A stretch of 36,749 nucleotides of DNA from Dapis sp. BLCC M126 (GCF_050015975.1 NZ_JBNHER010000060.1:1-36749), one strand, 5' to 3'. Numbered from the stretch's first letter, positions 6,803 to 16,056 are shown. The notes: generated by a model from the sequence alone, not told the origin. Made by a program: numbers and translations.

Positions 6803-9253
6803 ATGTCTACAAATACACCAACTCTTGCAGGATTATACGTTTTATCCTCAGAGGAGAAACTGACTTTTCCTCTGAAACACACGGAAGTTAAAGCCAAAAT
6901 AGCGGGCAACCTATCCCGCGTCGAAGTCACTCAAAAATTTGAGAACCCATTCACCGAAGCCCTAGAAGCAACTTATGTCTTCCCACTGCCAGACGAAGCT
7001 GCTGTCGATGAAATGGAAATAAAAATAGGCGATCGCCTGATTAAAGGCAATATCAAAAAACGGGAAGAAGCAAAACAAATTTACCAAAAAGCTAAACAAG
7101 AGGGACGTACTGCTGGACTACTAGAACAACAGCGCGACAATATTTTCACTCAATCTCTTGCCAATATTAAACCAGGGGAACAAATAGATGTGATTATTCG
7201 CTATACAGACTCCCTTAAGTTTGAAGGTGGCGACTATGAATTTGTGTTTCCGATGGTAGTTGGGCCTCGTTATATTCCTGGAACGCCTATAGATGGAAGT
7301 GGCGATACAGACGAAGTTCCTGATGCTAGTAAAATTACCCCACCAATAGTTCCTCCGGCGACTCGTTCGGGACATGATATTGGTGTCACAGTAGAAATAG
7401 ATGGCGGGATGCCAATTTTTCAGGTTCATTCCATATCTCACCAAATTCAAAAATCTGAGCGGGGAGAAATTGTCACAGTCAAATTAGGGAACGAAGATAC
7501 TATCCCAAATAAAGACCTCATCCTGCGCTATCAAGTTGCCAGTAATAATACCAAAGCAACAGTATTAACTCAAGCAGACGAACGTGGCGGACATTTTGCT
7601 CTTTATCTAATTCCAGCTTTACGGTATCGCAGCGATGAAATTGTACCCAAAGATGTTGTTTTTCTGATGGATACTTCAGGTTCGCAAATGGGAGATCCCC
7701 TGCTCAAATGTCAAGAATTAATGCGCCATTTTGTTCGCGGACTTAACCCCAACGATACTTTCACAATTATCGACTTTGCCAATACAGCCAAAAAATTATC
7801 CGAAACACCTTTATCGAATACACCTAAAAATATTGCTACTGCGATTAACTATATCAATAGATTAAATGCTAGGGGTGGCACTGAAATGCTCAATGGTATC
7901 CGCGAAGTTTTGAATTTTCCATCCCCATCTGCGGGAAGACTGCGGAGTATTGTCATGTTGACGGATGGTTATATTGGCAATGAAAAAGCAGTATTGGCAG
8001 AAGTGCAAGACAAACTTCAACCAGGCAACCGACTTTATAGTTTTGGCGTTGGTAGTTCGGTGAATCGATATTTGATTAACCGTTTAGCAGAAATTGGGCG
8101 GGGTATTGCGAGAGTGGTGCGACAGGATGAAGCAACTGAGGAAGTAGCAGAGAAATTTTTCCAGCAAATTAATAATCCTGTATTGACTCAAATTGACATT
8201 AACTGGAATGGTAAGGGTGAAGCACCAGAAATTTATCCGGTGGCAATTCCAGATTTATTTGCCCAACAACCTTTAGTTTTGTTTGGGCGAAAACAGGATG
8301 CTGTACCGGGTGAGTTACAAGTTAATGGTATTGCTGCGGGAGGAGAAATTTATCAGCAGACTTTCCCGATTAATTTTGCTGAGTCTGGTAATGTGGCAGT
8401 TGCTCAACTTTGGGGAAGGCAAAAAATTAAACATTTGACGAATCAGATGTTTGATTATGAGAAGAAGTCGATGGTAGATAAAGTGACGGAGACTGCTTTG
8501 AGTTATCAATTGTTGTCGGAATATACGGCGTTTGTGGCAGTGAGTGAGGAGGTGCGAGTTGAACCTGGTAGTAAGAGTATTTCGGTGGAAGTTCCTGTGG
8601 AAATGCCAGAAGGAGTCAGTTATCAGGGCATTGGTGCAACACCTCCATCACATCCTCAAGTACAAGCTTTTTTGGCAGCTCCTGGAATGGCAAGGAATTA
8701 CAAGAAGATGGCTCGAAGAAGCAGTCCGCGTTATGGAAATGCAAAGATGAGTATGGCTAAATTTGAAACTTCAGATTTAGACACAACAGATTTTATGAGT
8801 CAGGAAAGGGAAAGAGGGATTACAATTCCTGAATCTGTCGAAGCAACAGCACCTCAAACAACTGATTGGATGAAGAAAGAAAAGAAAAGAGCAGTTTCCA
8901 TCGATCCAGAGTCTTTAGGAAGAAGCAGAAGAGTAAACATCAAAAAGAAAGATTCTGCCAAACTCACTGATAATACTTTGCAAATTATTCAGGTAAAGGG
9001 ATTGGATGCAGCAGCACAAGAAAATTTGCAACAGCATCTACAAAATGTGAATATACCACCAAATATTAATGGTGAAATATTTTTGGAGTTGCAGGTGAAA
9101 GGTAAGCGCCTACTTCGAGTCATTTTAGATGATGAAACTTCTACATTGAAGGATAAAAAAGTAGTAGAAGAAATTAAGCGATCGCTACTAAAATGGCTGG
9201 TTCCATCTGGTGCAGCAGAGAGGATTGCAATTACAATCAAAGTTAGTTCCTAA
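6803..9253 (+). CDS. VIT domain plus von Willebrand factor type A (vWA) domain protein
   Basis: 816-aa ORF. The N-terminal VIT-like region reads LKHTEVKAKIAGNLSRVEVTQKFENPF...YVFPLPDEAAVDEMEIKIGDR...IKKREEAKQIY. The vWA domain has the MIDAS motif VVFLMDTSGSQ. The C-terminal ~230 aa are charged/low-complexity and end in an unassigned domain. Confidence 0.85.
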   Translation: MSTNTPTLAGLYVLSSEEKLTFPLKHTEVKAKIAGNLSRVEVTQKFENPFTEALEATYVFPLPDEAAVDEMEIKIGDRLIKGNIKKREEAKQIYQKAKQEGRTAGLLEQQRDNIFTQSLANIKPGEQIDVIIRYTDSLKFEGGDYEFVFPMVVGPRYIPGTPIDGSGDTDEVPDASKITPPIVPPATRSGHDIGVTVEIDGGMPIFQVHSISHQIQKSERGEIVTVKLGNEDTIPNKDLILRYQVASNNTKATVLTQADERGGHFALYLIPALRYRSDEIVPKDVVFLMDTSGSQMGDPLLKCQELMRHFVRGLNPNDTFTIIDFANTAKKLSETPLSNTPKNIATAINYINRLNARGGTEMLNGIREVLNFPSPSAGRLRSIVMLTDGYIGNEKAVLAEVQDKLQPGNRLYSFGVGSSVNRYLINRLAEIGRGIARVVRQDEATEEVAEKFFQQINNPVLTQIDINWNGKGEAPEIYPVAIPDLFAQQPLVLFGRKQDAVPGELQVNGIAAGGEIYQQTFPINFAESGNVAVAQLWGRQKIKHLTNQMFDYEKKSMVDKVTETALSYQLLSEYTAFVAVSEEVRVEPGSKSISVEVPVEMPEGVSYQGIGATPPSHPQVQAFLAAPGMARNYKKMARRSSPRYGNAKMSMAKFETSDLDTTDFMSQERERGITIPESVEATAPQTTDWMKKEKKRAVSIDPESLGRSRRVNIKKKDSAKLTDNTLQIIQVKGLDAAAQENLQQHLQNVNIPPNINGEIFLELQVKGKRLLRVILDDETSTLKDKKVVEEIKRSLLKWLVPSGAAERIAITIKVSS

Positions 9254-9349
9254 GAGTCAGGGATTTATAGTTTTGTAGAATAGGCATCTTGTCTGTTAGT
9301 TGTAGGGACGTTCTATCGAAAATCCCTACTCCTTTGCCCGATCTCCTAA

Positions 9350-9462
9350 TATCATGTCCGGTTGAATAGTTATAATTAAAGTTCGTAGTAGGGCTTGAGC
9401 CCTAAGTTCTAGATAGGGCTCAAGCCCTACTACAAACAAAAACTGATTATCTGGACATCATA
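9350..9462. mobile_element. MITE family A, copy 2 (113 bp), TAA target duplication
   Basis: The ends are TATCATGTCCGG... and ...CTGGACATCATA. The core is GTAGTAGGGCTTGAGCCC...GGGCTCAAGCCCTACTAC. TAA flanks it at 9347-9349 and 9463-9465. Confidence 0.8.
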
Positions 9463-9465
9463 TAA

Positions 9466-9488
9466 CTACTCCCTACTCCCTACTCCCT
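9466..9488. repeat. Tandem heptamer CTACTCC x3
   Basis: Direct reading. A similar CCTACTCCCCTACTCCC run occurs near 18197-18213. Confidence 0.7.
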
Positions 9489-10164
9489 AAAATAAACAAT
9501 ATTCAATCCAAACTTGTTTAATTGTCTTTTCTCCCGCTTCAGATAAGAATAAATTGCGCCGAACTTCTTGCAATCCTAACTCTATAAATTCAGCAAGTTC
9601 TTTCTCTGATAAAGGCCAAGGAGGGCCATCAGGTACAGAATCATTGTCCCGTATGCGAGTAATTACCAAAAGTGTACCTCTATTTGCTACTAAAGGAGCA
9701 ATACAGTTAATAACTTGCGATCGCATCTCTACTGGCAAAGCTTGAATAGTCCGCGACTCTATTACTAGATCGAATTTACGATGCCATTCAGAATCTAAGG
9801 CCAACAGATCGGCAACCAAATAGTTTACTGAAGAATCAGGAAATCTTTCCTGACACCAGGCGATCGCCTTTGTAGAAATATCAAAAGCTGTCACCTGAAA
9901 ACCCAACTTTGCCAAAGCTTCCGCATCATCACCCAAACCACATCCAATAACTAAAGCAGTACGTCCTTCTCCTTGTGGTTGAGAAATATCTAACCACTCT
10001 TGTAGATAGGGATGTGTCGTTAAACGTGCCCAAGGTATTTGTCCTGCATCACCCTCAGCTTCAGAATATAAAATATCAAACCATGCAGTAGGATTTGCTT
10101 TTTGTGATTCAGTTGCCAACTTCTTTACTTTTTGTTGAATAGCTTCTGGTTGTTGTTCAAACAT
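9487..10164 (-). CDS. Class I SAM-dependent methyltransferase
   Basis: 225-aa ORF. The SAM-binding motif I is ALVIGCGLGDDAEALAKLGFQVTAFDIS, followed by downstream motifs (FDLVIE). Confidence 0.8.
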   Translation of the reverse strand: MFEQQPEAIQQKVKKLATESQKANPTAWFDILYSEAEGDAGQIPWARLTTHPYLQEWLDISQPQGEGRTALVIGCGLGDDAEALAKLGFQVTAFDISTKAIAWCQERFPDSSVNYLVADLLALDSEWHRKFDLVIESRTIQALPVEMRSQVINCIAPLVANRGTLLVITRIRDNDSVPDGPPWPLSEKELAEFIELGLQEVRRNLFLSEAGEKTIKQVWIEYCLF

Positions 10165-10449
10165 TATGTTTAATGTCCTAATTGTTCAGCTTTAATTTTA
10201 TCCCAGTGAGGCAAAAAACATAGCTTCCTTCTGGTAATGACGTGATACAGCTAAAATACTTGATTAGTCTAGGGTTAGAGAACTCACATCACTCCTTCCT
10301 TGTGAAATGTATTACAGCATTTTTCAGATACATGAACTATGTCGTCACAACCAAAAACCTTATAGGGAGGTTCTATAGGACGTCTCTACTTTGATCTACC
10401 CAAATTAAAAGTGCTGTAAACAATCTCTCGTAACTCGCAACCCACCATT

Positions 10450-10513
10450 TCAGGTGTGATAGTCACAGCAACAATTTAACTTTTGACTTTTAACTTTTAA
10501 CTTCTGGCTTCAA
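10450..10513 (-). repeat. STRR heptamer array plus conserved flank (inverted copy of the 13897 and 15513 units)
   Basis: The reverse complement reads GAAGCCA GAAGTTA AAAGTTA AAAGTCA AAAGTTAAATTGTTGCTGTGACTA.... This matches the flank of the other two copies. Confidence 0.6.
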
Positions 10514-10662
10514 CTATATCTAGAGTGACTGATATCACAAAGATTCAGCTATTCACTTCACTATACTTTAGTCATCATTCTCACCTCAGCAAGACTTTAT
10601 GAGTCACTCCCATAACTCTGAACAAAAGAGAAAATAAAAATATAGAGTTCAAGGTTTTTCTT

Positions 10663-10875
10663 ATGCTTCAAGTTAACTTACTCCCTGGCGCTATCAACGA
10701 AATAATGGTTTCTGTAGCTGATAGTTCTTATCTTACCCAATCAGATTGTTATGGCCTCATGGCCGCTATATTAGATGAATCAATCACAGAAGAAGAACGT
10801 CGTTCTGTGGACAGGTTGTTACGTTTTGTAGTTCGAGGAAAGGTGCAAATGGCATCTCAAAAGTCAAAATATTAA
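10663..10875 (+). CDS. Small hypothetical protein (70 aa)
   Basis: An isolated ORF in an otherwise non-coding AT-rich stretch with reasonable amino-acid composition. I see no clear RBS and recognise no family. Confidence 0.35.
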   Translation: MLQVNLLPGAINEIMVSVADSSYLTQSDCYGLMAAILDESITEEERRSVDRLLRFVVRGKVQMASQKSKY

Positions 10876-11439
10876 CCTCATTGTAGATAAAGATTCCATC
10901 TTAAATATTGCAATAGAAAAAAGCGACTATAGTTACAAGTAAAGATAGAATAACCTAAAATATAATAATTTCTTAGTGTATAAGAATTAAATAATTATTT
11001 GTGGATATAAAATAAGTAAATCAGGTGCATTCTTCACAAGGCGAGCGTGGAAAAGGTTGAAAATAATTCCACCAATAAAATTAGAGTAGTTACGATTTAA
11101 ATAATTTCTGACAACTAAGTAGAATACGCTAAAAAAAGAAGTTGCATATTTAGCTATAAAACGCCTTAAGTTACTGAGTATAACTGACTTTTGAGCTAAT
11201 TTAAAGTTTGATAATACATAAGGGAAAAATTTACCAGTCTCTACTTATAAATATTTCGACAAATAAAACTTCTGAAATATTTAATTAGTTATTTATAGGT
11301 CAAGAACTTTTCCAATTAATACAACTAACAATAACACTGCATTACTAATTTTAATCATTGCTATATAATTTTCCTTAATTTTATTATAATCATTTAATTA
11401 CAGCACTTTTTAGGATAGTGAGGTACACTTGAAGATTAA

Positions 11440-11615
11440 TATTATGTGCCCCCTTCGGGGGAGCTACGAATTGCGGTTAAATAGTTATTATAATTAAAGT
11501 TCGTAGTAGGGCTTCAGCCCGAACTGTAGATAGGGCTTCAGCCCTACTACAAACCATATACTTTATTATAAGTGATTATACGTTAGCGTAGCTCCCCCGG
11601 AGGGGGCACATGATA
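11440..11615. mobile_element. MITE family A, long variant (176 bp), TAA target duplication
   Basis: It has the same GTAGTAGGGCTTCAGCCC core. Both ends carry an extra GC-rich module: TATTATGTGCCCCCTTCGGGGGAGCTACG ... CGTAGCTCCCCCGGAGGGGGCACATGATA. TAA flanks it at 11437-11439 and 11616-11618. Confidence 0.75.
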
Positions 11616-12125
11616 TAATCTCTCTTAATAATTAAGTAAAAAATAATCAATTCTTTTTTTATGGGAAACTTCAGAATGAAACTGTCTGATGGAGGTTATA
11701 GAGACATTTCTAAATAAATCTTGTGGATTCAAATAGAAGTTTTACGAAATCAAAAGTTTTACGTCCAGCCATCCCTTGTTATGCCTCATGGAGAGAGACC
11801 AGCACTTGGTTTAACGAATCAGCTAGTGGTGCGCTTCCAAAATGCTGTGAGTCGATCTGCAGCAGAGCGTTTAGCAGTGAGTGCTGGATTACGGATTATT
11901 CGAGAAGTGCAACACGCTGGAAATGTATTTCTGTTGGCTTATGAGGGAAATCCATTTTCAGCGATCGCTTGTTTCATATATCTAAACCAAACAATTGTCA
12001 ACCTTTTCTGTCCCTAATTAACACAAATTAACTTAAAACAAATTAACCTAAAAATTAAGAATAATTAACTAAAACAATAATCCTATTACTTTACTGGCAA
12101 ACTAAATTTCTAGTGTATGGAATAA

Positions 12126-12262
12126 CCTAGTGGCGTGGAACAGCTAAGTGCAAAGCGTGTAGAGTGCATTAGACGGTTGAAATCTGAGCTGCGGGTGACA
12201 TTTAACAATCTGTGTGGAATAGGCTTCCAGCCTGTCTGCACCATTTGTGTCGGTCCACTAGG
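12126..12262 (+). promoter_or_regulatory. Candidate structured 5' leader upstream of chlB (weak cobalamin-riboswitch-like core)
   Basis: CCTAGTGG (12126-12133) is perfectly complementary to CCACTAGG (12255-12262). The enclosed segment GGTTGAAATCTGAGCTGCGGG (12175-12195) resembles the GGUGxAAAUCC..GCUGC core, but the GGGAA motif is not evident. Confidence 0.25.
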
Positions 12263-12367
12263 CAAATATTGTTCCATAAATCCCATTGAATGAAGAAAGA
12301 CATCAAAAATCTGAGACAATCAAACTAACAAATCCATAACTGTTAACTATAAAACGGAGAAGATTAT

Positions 12368-13894
12368 ATGAAATTAGCCTACTGGATGTATGCAGGTCCC
12401 GCTCACATTGGTACATTGCGCGTTGCTAGTTCCTTTAAAAATGTTCATGCTATTATGCACGCTCCCCTTGGTGACGACTATTTCAACGTCATGCGCTCTA
12501 TGTTAGAAAGAGAACGTAATTATACGCCCGTGACTGCTAGTGTGGTTGATCGTAATGTATTGGCGCGTGGTTCCCAAGAAAAAGTAGTAGATAACATCGT
12601 CCGCAAAGACAAGGAAGAAACTCCAGATTTAATTGTTCTTACTCCTACCTGCACTTCCAGTATTTTGCAAGAAGACTTGGAGAATTTTGTCGAACGCGCT
12701 CAAATAGATGCGAAAGGTGACGTAATGTTGGCAGATGTTAATCATTATCGCGTCAACGAACTACAAGCAGCAGATCGTACTTTGGAACAAATTGTTAAAT
12801 ATTATATTGAGAAGGCGAAAAAGAAAGGGGAACTTCCAGAAGGAAAAACTGAAAAACCTTCTGTTAATATCATTGGTGTTTCTACCTTGGGTTTCCACAA
12901 CCAACATGACTGTACCGAGTTAAAACGCTTAATGACAGATTTAGGTATTGAAGTTAACGAAGTTATTCCCGAAGGTGCGTCGGTTCACAATTTAAAAAAT
13001 CTGCCTCGCGCTTGGTTTAACCTCACACCTTATAGAGAACTAGGCGTAATGGCAGCCAAATATTTAGAATCTGAGTTTGGCACGCCTTATATTGACATTA
13101 CTCCTATGGGTGTGGTGGAAACTGCTCGTTGTATTCGTAAAATTCAGCAGGTGGTTAATGCTCAAGGAGCAAATGTTGACTATGAGGAATATATTGATAA
13201 TCAAACTTTGCACGTTTCTCAAGCAGCTTGGTTTTCTCGCTCCATTGACTGTCAAAATTTAACAGGGAAAAAAGCGGTAGTGTTTGGCGATAATACCCAT
13301 GCTGCTGCTCTGACAAAAATTTTGGCGCGGGAGATGGGTATTCATGTAGTTTGGGCGGGTACTTATTGTAAGTATGATGCTGACTGGTTTCGGCAAGAGG
13401 TGAGTGAATATTGTGATGAGGTTTTAATTAGTGAGGATAATGGAGAGATTGGAGATGCGATTGCTCGTGTGGAACCTTCGGCAATTTTTGGCACGCAAAT
13501 GGAGCGTCACGTTGGTAAGCGTTTAGATATTCCTTGTGGTGTTATTGCTGCACCTATTCATATTCAGAATTTCCCTATTGGTTATAAACCGTTTATGGGT
13601 TATGAAGGAACTAATCAAATTGCCGATCTGGTTTACAATTCCTTTACTTTGGGAATGGAAGATCATCTGTTAGAAATATTTGGCGGGCACGATACTAAGG
13701 AAGTTATTACTAAGGGAATTTCTGCTGATTCTGATTTGAATTGGACGAAGGAAGCAAAGGCAGAATTGAATAAAGTGCCTGGTTTTGTCCGGGGTAAGGT
13801 GAAGCGAAATACAGAAAAGTTTGCAAGAGAACGTGGTATTGGGGAGATTTCTTTGGAAGTTATGTATGCTGCAAAAGAAGCGGTTGGTGCTTAG
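12368..13894 (+). CDS. chlB: Light-independent protochlorophyllide reductase (DPOR) subunit B
   Basis: 508-aa ORF with the diagnostic N-terminus [39 protein letters not shown]. Length and a C-terminal extension are typical of ChlB. An RBS-like GGAGAAG lies upstream. Confidence 0.95.
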   Translation: MKLAYWMYAGPAHIGTLRVASSFKNVHAIMHAPLGDDYFNVMRSMLERERNYTPVTASVVDRNVLARGSQEKVVDNIVRKDKEETPDLIVLTPTCTSSILQEDLENFVERAQIDAKGDVMLADVNHYRVNELQAADRTLEQIVKYYIEKAKKKGELPEGKTEKPSVNIIGVSTLGFHNQHDCTELKRLMTDLGIEVNEVIPEGASVHNLKNLPRAWFNLTPYRELGVMAAKYLESEFGTPYIDITPMGVVETARCIRKIQQVVNAQGANVDYEEYIDNQTLHVSQAAWFSRSIDCQNLTGKKAVVFGDNTHAAALTKILAREMGIHVVWAGTYCKYDADWFRQEVSEYCDEVLISEDNGEIGDAIARVEPSAIFGTQMERHVGKRLDIPCGVIAAPIHIQNFPIGYKPFMGYEGTNQIADLVYNSFTLGMEDHLLEIFGGHDTKEVITKGISADSDLNWTKEAKAELNKVPGFVRGKVKRNTEKFARERGIGEISLEVMYAAKEAVGA

Positions 13895-13896
13895 TT

Positions 13897-13957
13897 GAAG
13901 TCAGAAGTCAGAAGTCAGAAGTCAGAAGTTAAATTTTGGCGATGACTAAGTTTGAGA
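13897..13957 (+). repeat. STRR heptamer array (GAAGTCA x4, GAAGTTA) plus conserved flank
   Basis: It begins 3 bp after the chlB stop. The flank AAATTTTGGCGATGACTAAGTTTGAGA resembles the flank at 15548-15573. Confidence 0.8.
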
Positions 13958-14609
13958 ATTTTCTAATAATAATGGCGATTGCTATAATTGTTGTTAATTT
14001 TAGGGTGGGTATTCCCCACCTTTTTTTATGGGAATTTTTGATAATGATTTTATATCATGGAATTTGGTTTAACGTAATAGAGTCTGATGGGACGACTGTA
14101 TATCTATCAACTATCCATTAACTATTTACCGGAAAAAATATATCAAGCTAGAGAAGATTTTTTAAACACAACCGATGCAAGATTCAATTACTTGAGATTT
14201 CGGTATTTTGATAGTAGATTTTTTATTTTAGAGAGAAGTATATCTGATAGTTTAATTAATCAGCTAAGATACATAAGAGAAAGGTATCAAAAAATTGCTG
14301 AAACCAAAAAAACTAATAACCAAGAACCGATTTATGTATGTAGAATATTGGTTACAGATTATAAAGTTTTTCCAGTATAGATGCTAATTGATGGTGAAAG
14401 AAATAATTTTATCACTAATGTTGCTGAAATATTTGAAATTAAAAACAAAGATTTTATATTTTTTGAAAAATCAAATAGAATTTTATCTCTTCGCTTACAA
14501 CTGATAACTGATAACTGAAATGACCAATTACTAATCAAGAAATTCAAGTTATGGTTATGTATCAACCTATTATCAAGAGTCAAAATTCAAATTTGAATGT
14601 TATTATAAA

Positions 14610-14855
14610 CAGGACTTACGCATTAGGAACAATTTTTGGACGTTTGAGATTACTATCCTGACGGACTGCTTCGCAAACGCTGTCGCTCGTAATGACAGAA
14701 TTACCTTATTTTGCGTAATATCATGTCCGGATAATTAGTGATAAAAAAGTTTTTGTTTGTAGTAGGGCTTTAGCCCGATAAATACCTATCTTAGGGCTAA
14801 AGCCCTACTACGAGCTTTAATTATCACTGTTCAACCGGACATGATATAAGTCCTG
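14610..14855. mobile_element. MITE family C (TIR CAGGACTTACGCA) carrying a nested family-A MITE
   Basis: The left TIR CAGGACTTACGCA is at 14610. The right TIR TGCGTAAGTCCTG is split by the insertion at 14719-14846. Removing that insert and one TAA restores a perfect TIR. Confidence 0.7.
14719..14846. mobile_element. MITE family A, copy 4 (128 bp, inverted orientation), TAA target duplication
   Basis: The ends are TATCATGTCCGG / CCGGACATGATA. The core is GTAGTAGGGCTTTAGCCC...GGGCTAAAGCCCTACTAC. TAA flanks it at 14716-14718 and 14847-14849. Confidence 0.85.
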
Positions 14856-14964
14856 ATAAAAATACTAATTAAACGGACTTGATCTAAGAAAAGAAAACCA
14901 CCAAACAAGATATAAATCTCATTTAGTGGCTGAACAATAAGGAGTAACTATGGAAAGGAAACCT

Positions 14965-15165
14965 TTAGTCTAATCTCTTAGCATCTATTGTTATCGGTAA
15001 CTTTTCTGGTTGGTCTTTAGGAATAGATAATTCCCAACCATTTGTTAAAGTTAAAATCTTATTATCTCCATCAATTTTTTGTGAGACAACTTCTTCTTCT
15101 AAGTCTTTTTTAGCAACATAAACTTCTAAGTTTCCTGCTGGATTATTCCGTAACATTACTTTCAT
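14965..15165 (-). CDS. nifT: Nitrogen fixation protein NifT (FixU)
   Basis: 66-aa ORF reading MKVMLRNNPAGNLEVYVAKKDLEEEVV...LTNGWELSIP, which matches the NifT family pattern. Its start overlaps the nifZ stop. Confidence 0.9.
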   Translation of the reverse strand: MKVMLRNNPAGNLEVYVAKKDLEEEVVSQKIDGDNKILTLTNGWELSIPKDQPEKLPITIDAKRLD

Positions 15166-15434
15166 TAATAATTTTCCTCCACAATTTCAATTTCATTTTT
15201 ACGACAACCGATAATCATTCCTTTTTTGATGAAATGCACGGAATAAATATAAAATTTTTGCAAGAAGGTACCGATGCCGCAAATATAACCGACTTCTCCT
15301 CCCTCCAAAAGAACATCACCTCGATTTTTTCCAGGAAAAGTACCATCATTACGAATGATTTTACAAACCCTGACTTTTTGTTCGAGTTCAAATGCAGGGG
15401 GTCCGTCTAATTCTATAAGTTCATCTACTTTCAT
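15165..15434 (-). CDS. nifZ: Nitrogen fixation protein NifZ
   Basis: 89-aa ORF with the NifZ-like core FELEQKVRVCKIIRNDGTFPGKNRGDVLLEGGEVGYI. It lies immediately upstream of nifT. Confidence 0.9.
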   Translation of the reverse strand: MKVDELIELDGPPAFELEQKVRVCKIIRNDGTFPGKNRGDVLLEGGEVGYICGIGTFLQKFYIYSVHFIKKGMIIGCRKNEIEIVEENY

Positions 15435-15512
15435 TTAGTTGCCTCGCTAATATTCGATAAGTTTAGTATTTTTTCTACAATTAAACTGTGTTTAATTTGG
15501 ACAGATATAGCT

Positions 15513-15573
15513 GAAGTCAGAAGTCAGAAGTCAGAAGTTAAAAGTTAAATTCTTGCTGTGACTAAACTTGAGA
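15513..15573 (+). repeat. STRR heptamer array (GAAGTCA x3, GAAGTTA, AAAGTTA) plus conserved flank
   Basis: Direct reading. The flank AAATTCTTGCTGTGACTAAACTTGAGA is shared with the 13897 and 10450 units. Confidence 0.8.
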
Positions 15574-16056
15574 GGCGCTAGAATGTCTTGACCGCCCTGG
15601 CGACTGCTATATTATCTGTAATCACTTGCAAAATAGTCGTGATTTTTTTGACTTCTAAAAGTCATACTTTACTTCTTAATTATTGCATATTTATATTGTT
15701 GAAAAAAGTAGCGATTATAGCTGACTCAATAAGTCCAGTTTATTTGTCAATCAATCAAATATTTATGGTTTGTTGATCATAAAACTCGATTTCTGAGGGT
15801 TGTTAGAACTACACTTAATCAACAGGATAAATGTCAAAGAAAGAGAAATTATTAATTATTTTAACTATATTTATAATTTTGTAGATGCGTTCCCTCGCAA
15901 ATCAATAGATACAGATCCAGGAACATCATAAACAAGGGACAAATATTTTGATTTCTTGATTAAACTACTTAAACTTAAATTTTAGTATTTGCCTCAATTA
16001 AACACTACTTTGCTAATCAGGTAACTTTTATTTAGATAAATTTTATAATTCATCTT

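Noticed and set aside
11721-12017. Two overlapping ORFs (98 and 73 aa) upstream of chlB.
   Set aside because: They are mutually exclusive frames, and neither has an RBS. At best one is a gene fragment (see the gene-decay finding), so neither is called as a feature.
12110-12319. 69-aa minus-strand ORF upstream of chlB.
   Set aside because: It lies opposite the candidate chlB leader, has no motif support and an odd composition. I treated the region as non-coding.
13936-14380. 61-aa and 97-aa ORFs downstream of chlB.
   Set aside because: They are very AT-rich with I/F/N/Y-biased composition. The first starts inside the STRR flank repeat. Neither has a family resemblance. A real small gene cannot be excluded for 14087-14380, but I see no support for one.
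13897-15573. Possible CRISPR array, suggested by the recurring short repeats (heptamer arrays, MITE hairpins).
   Set aside because: The repeats are 7-8 bp tandem units or TIR-bounded elements. There are no 25-40 bp direct repeats separated by unique, similarly sized spacers, and no cas genes.
15588-15776. 62-aa ORF in the gap upstream of nifZ, checked as a possible nifV remnant.
   Set aside because: It is on the wrong strand for the operon, is hydrophobic and low-complexity, and shows no homocitrate synthase-like motifs.
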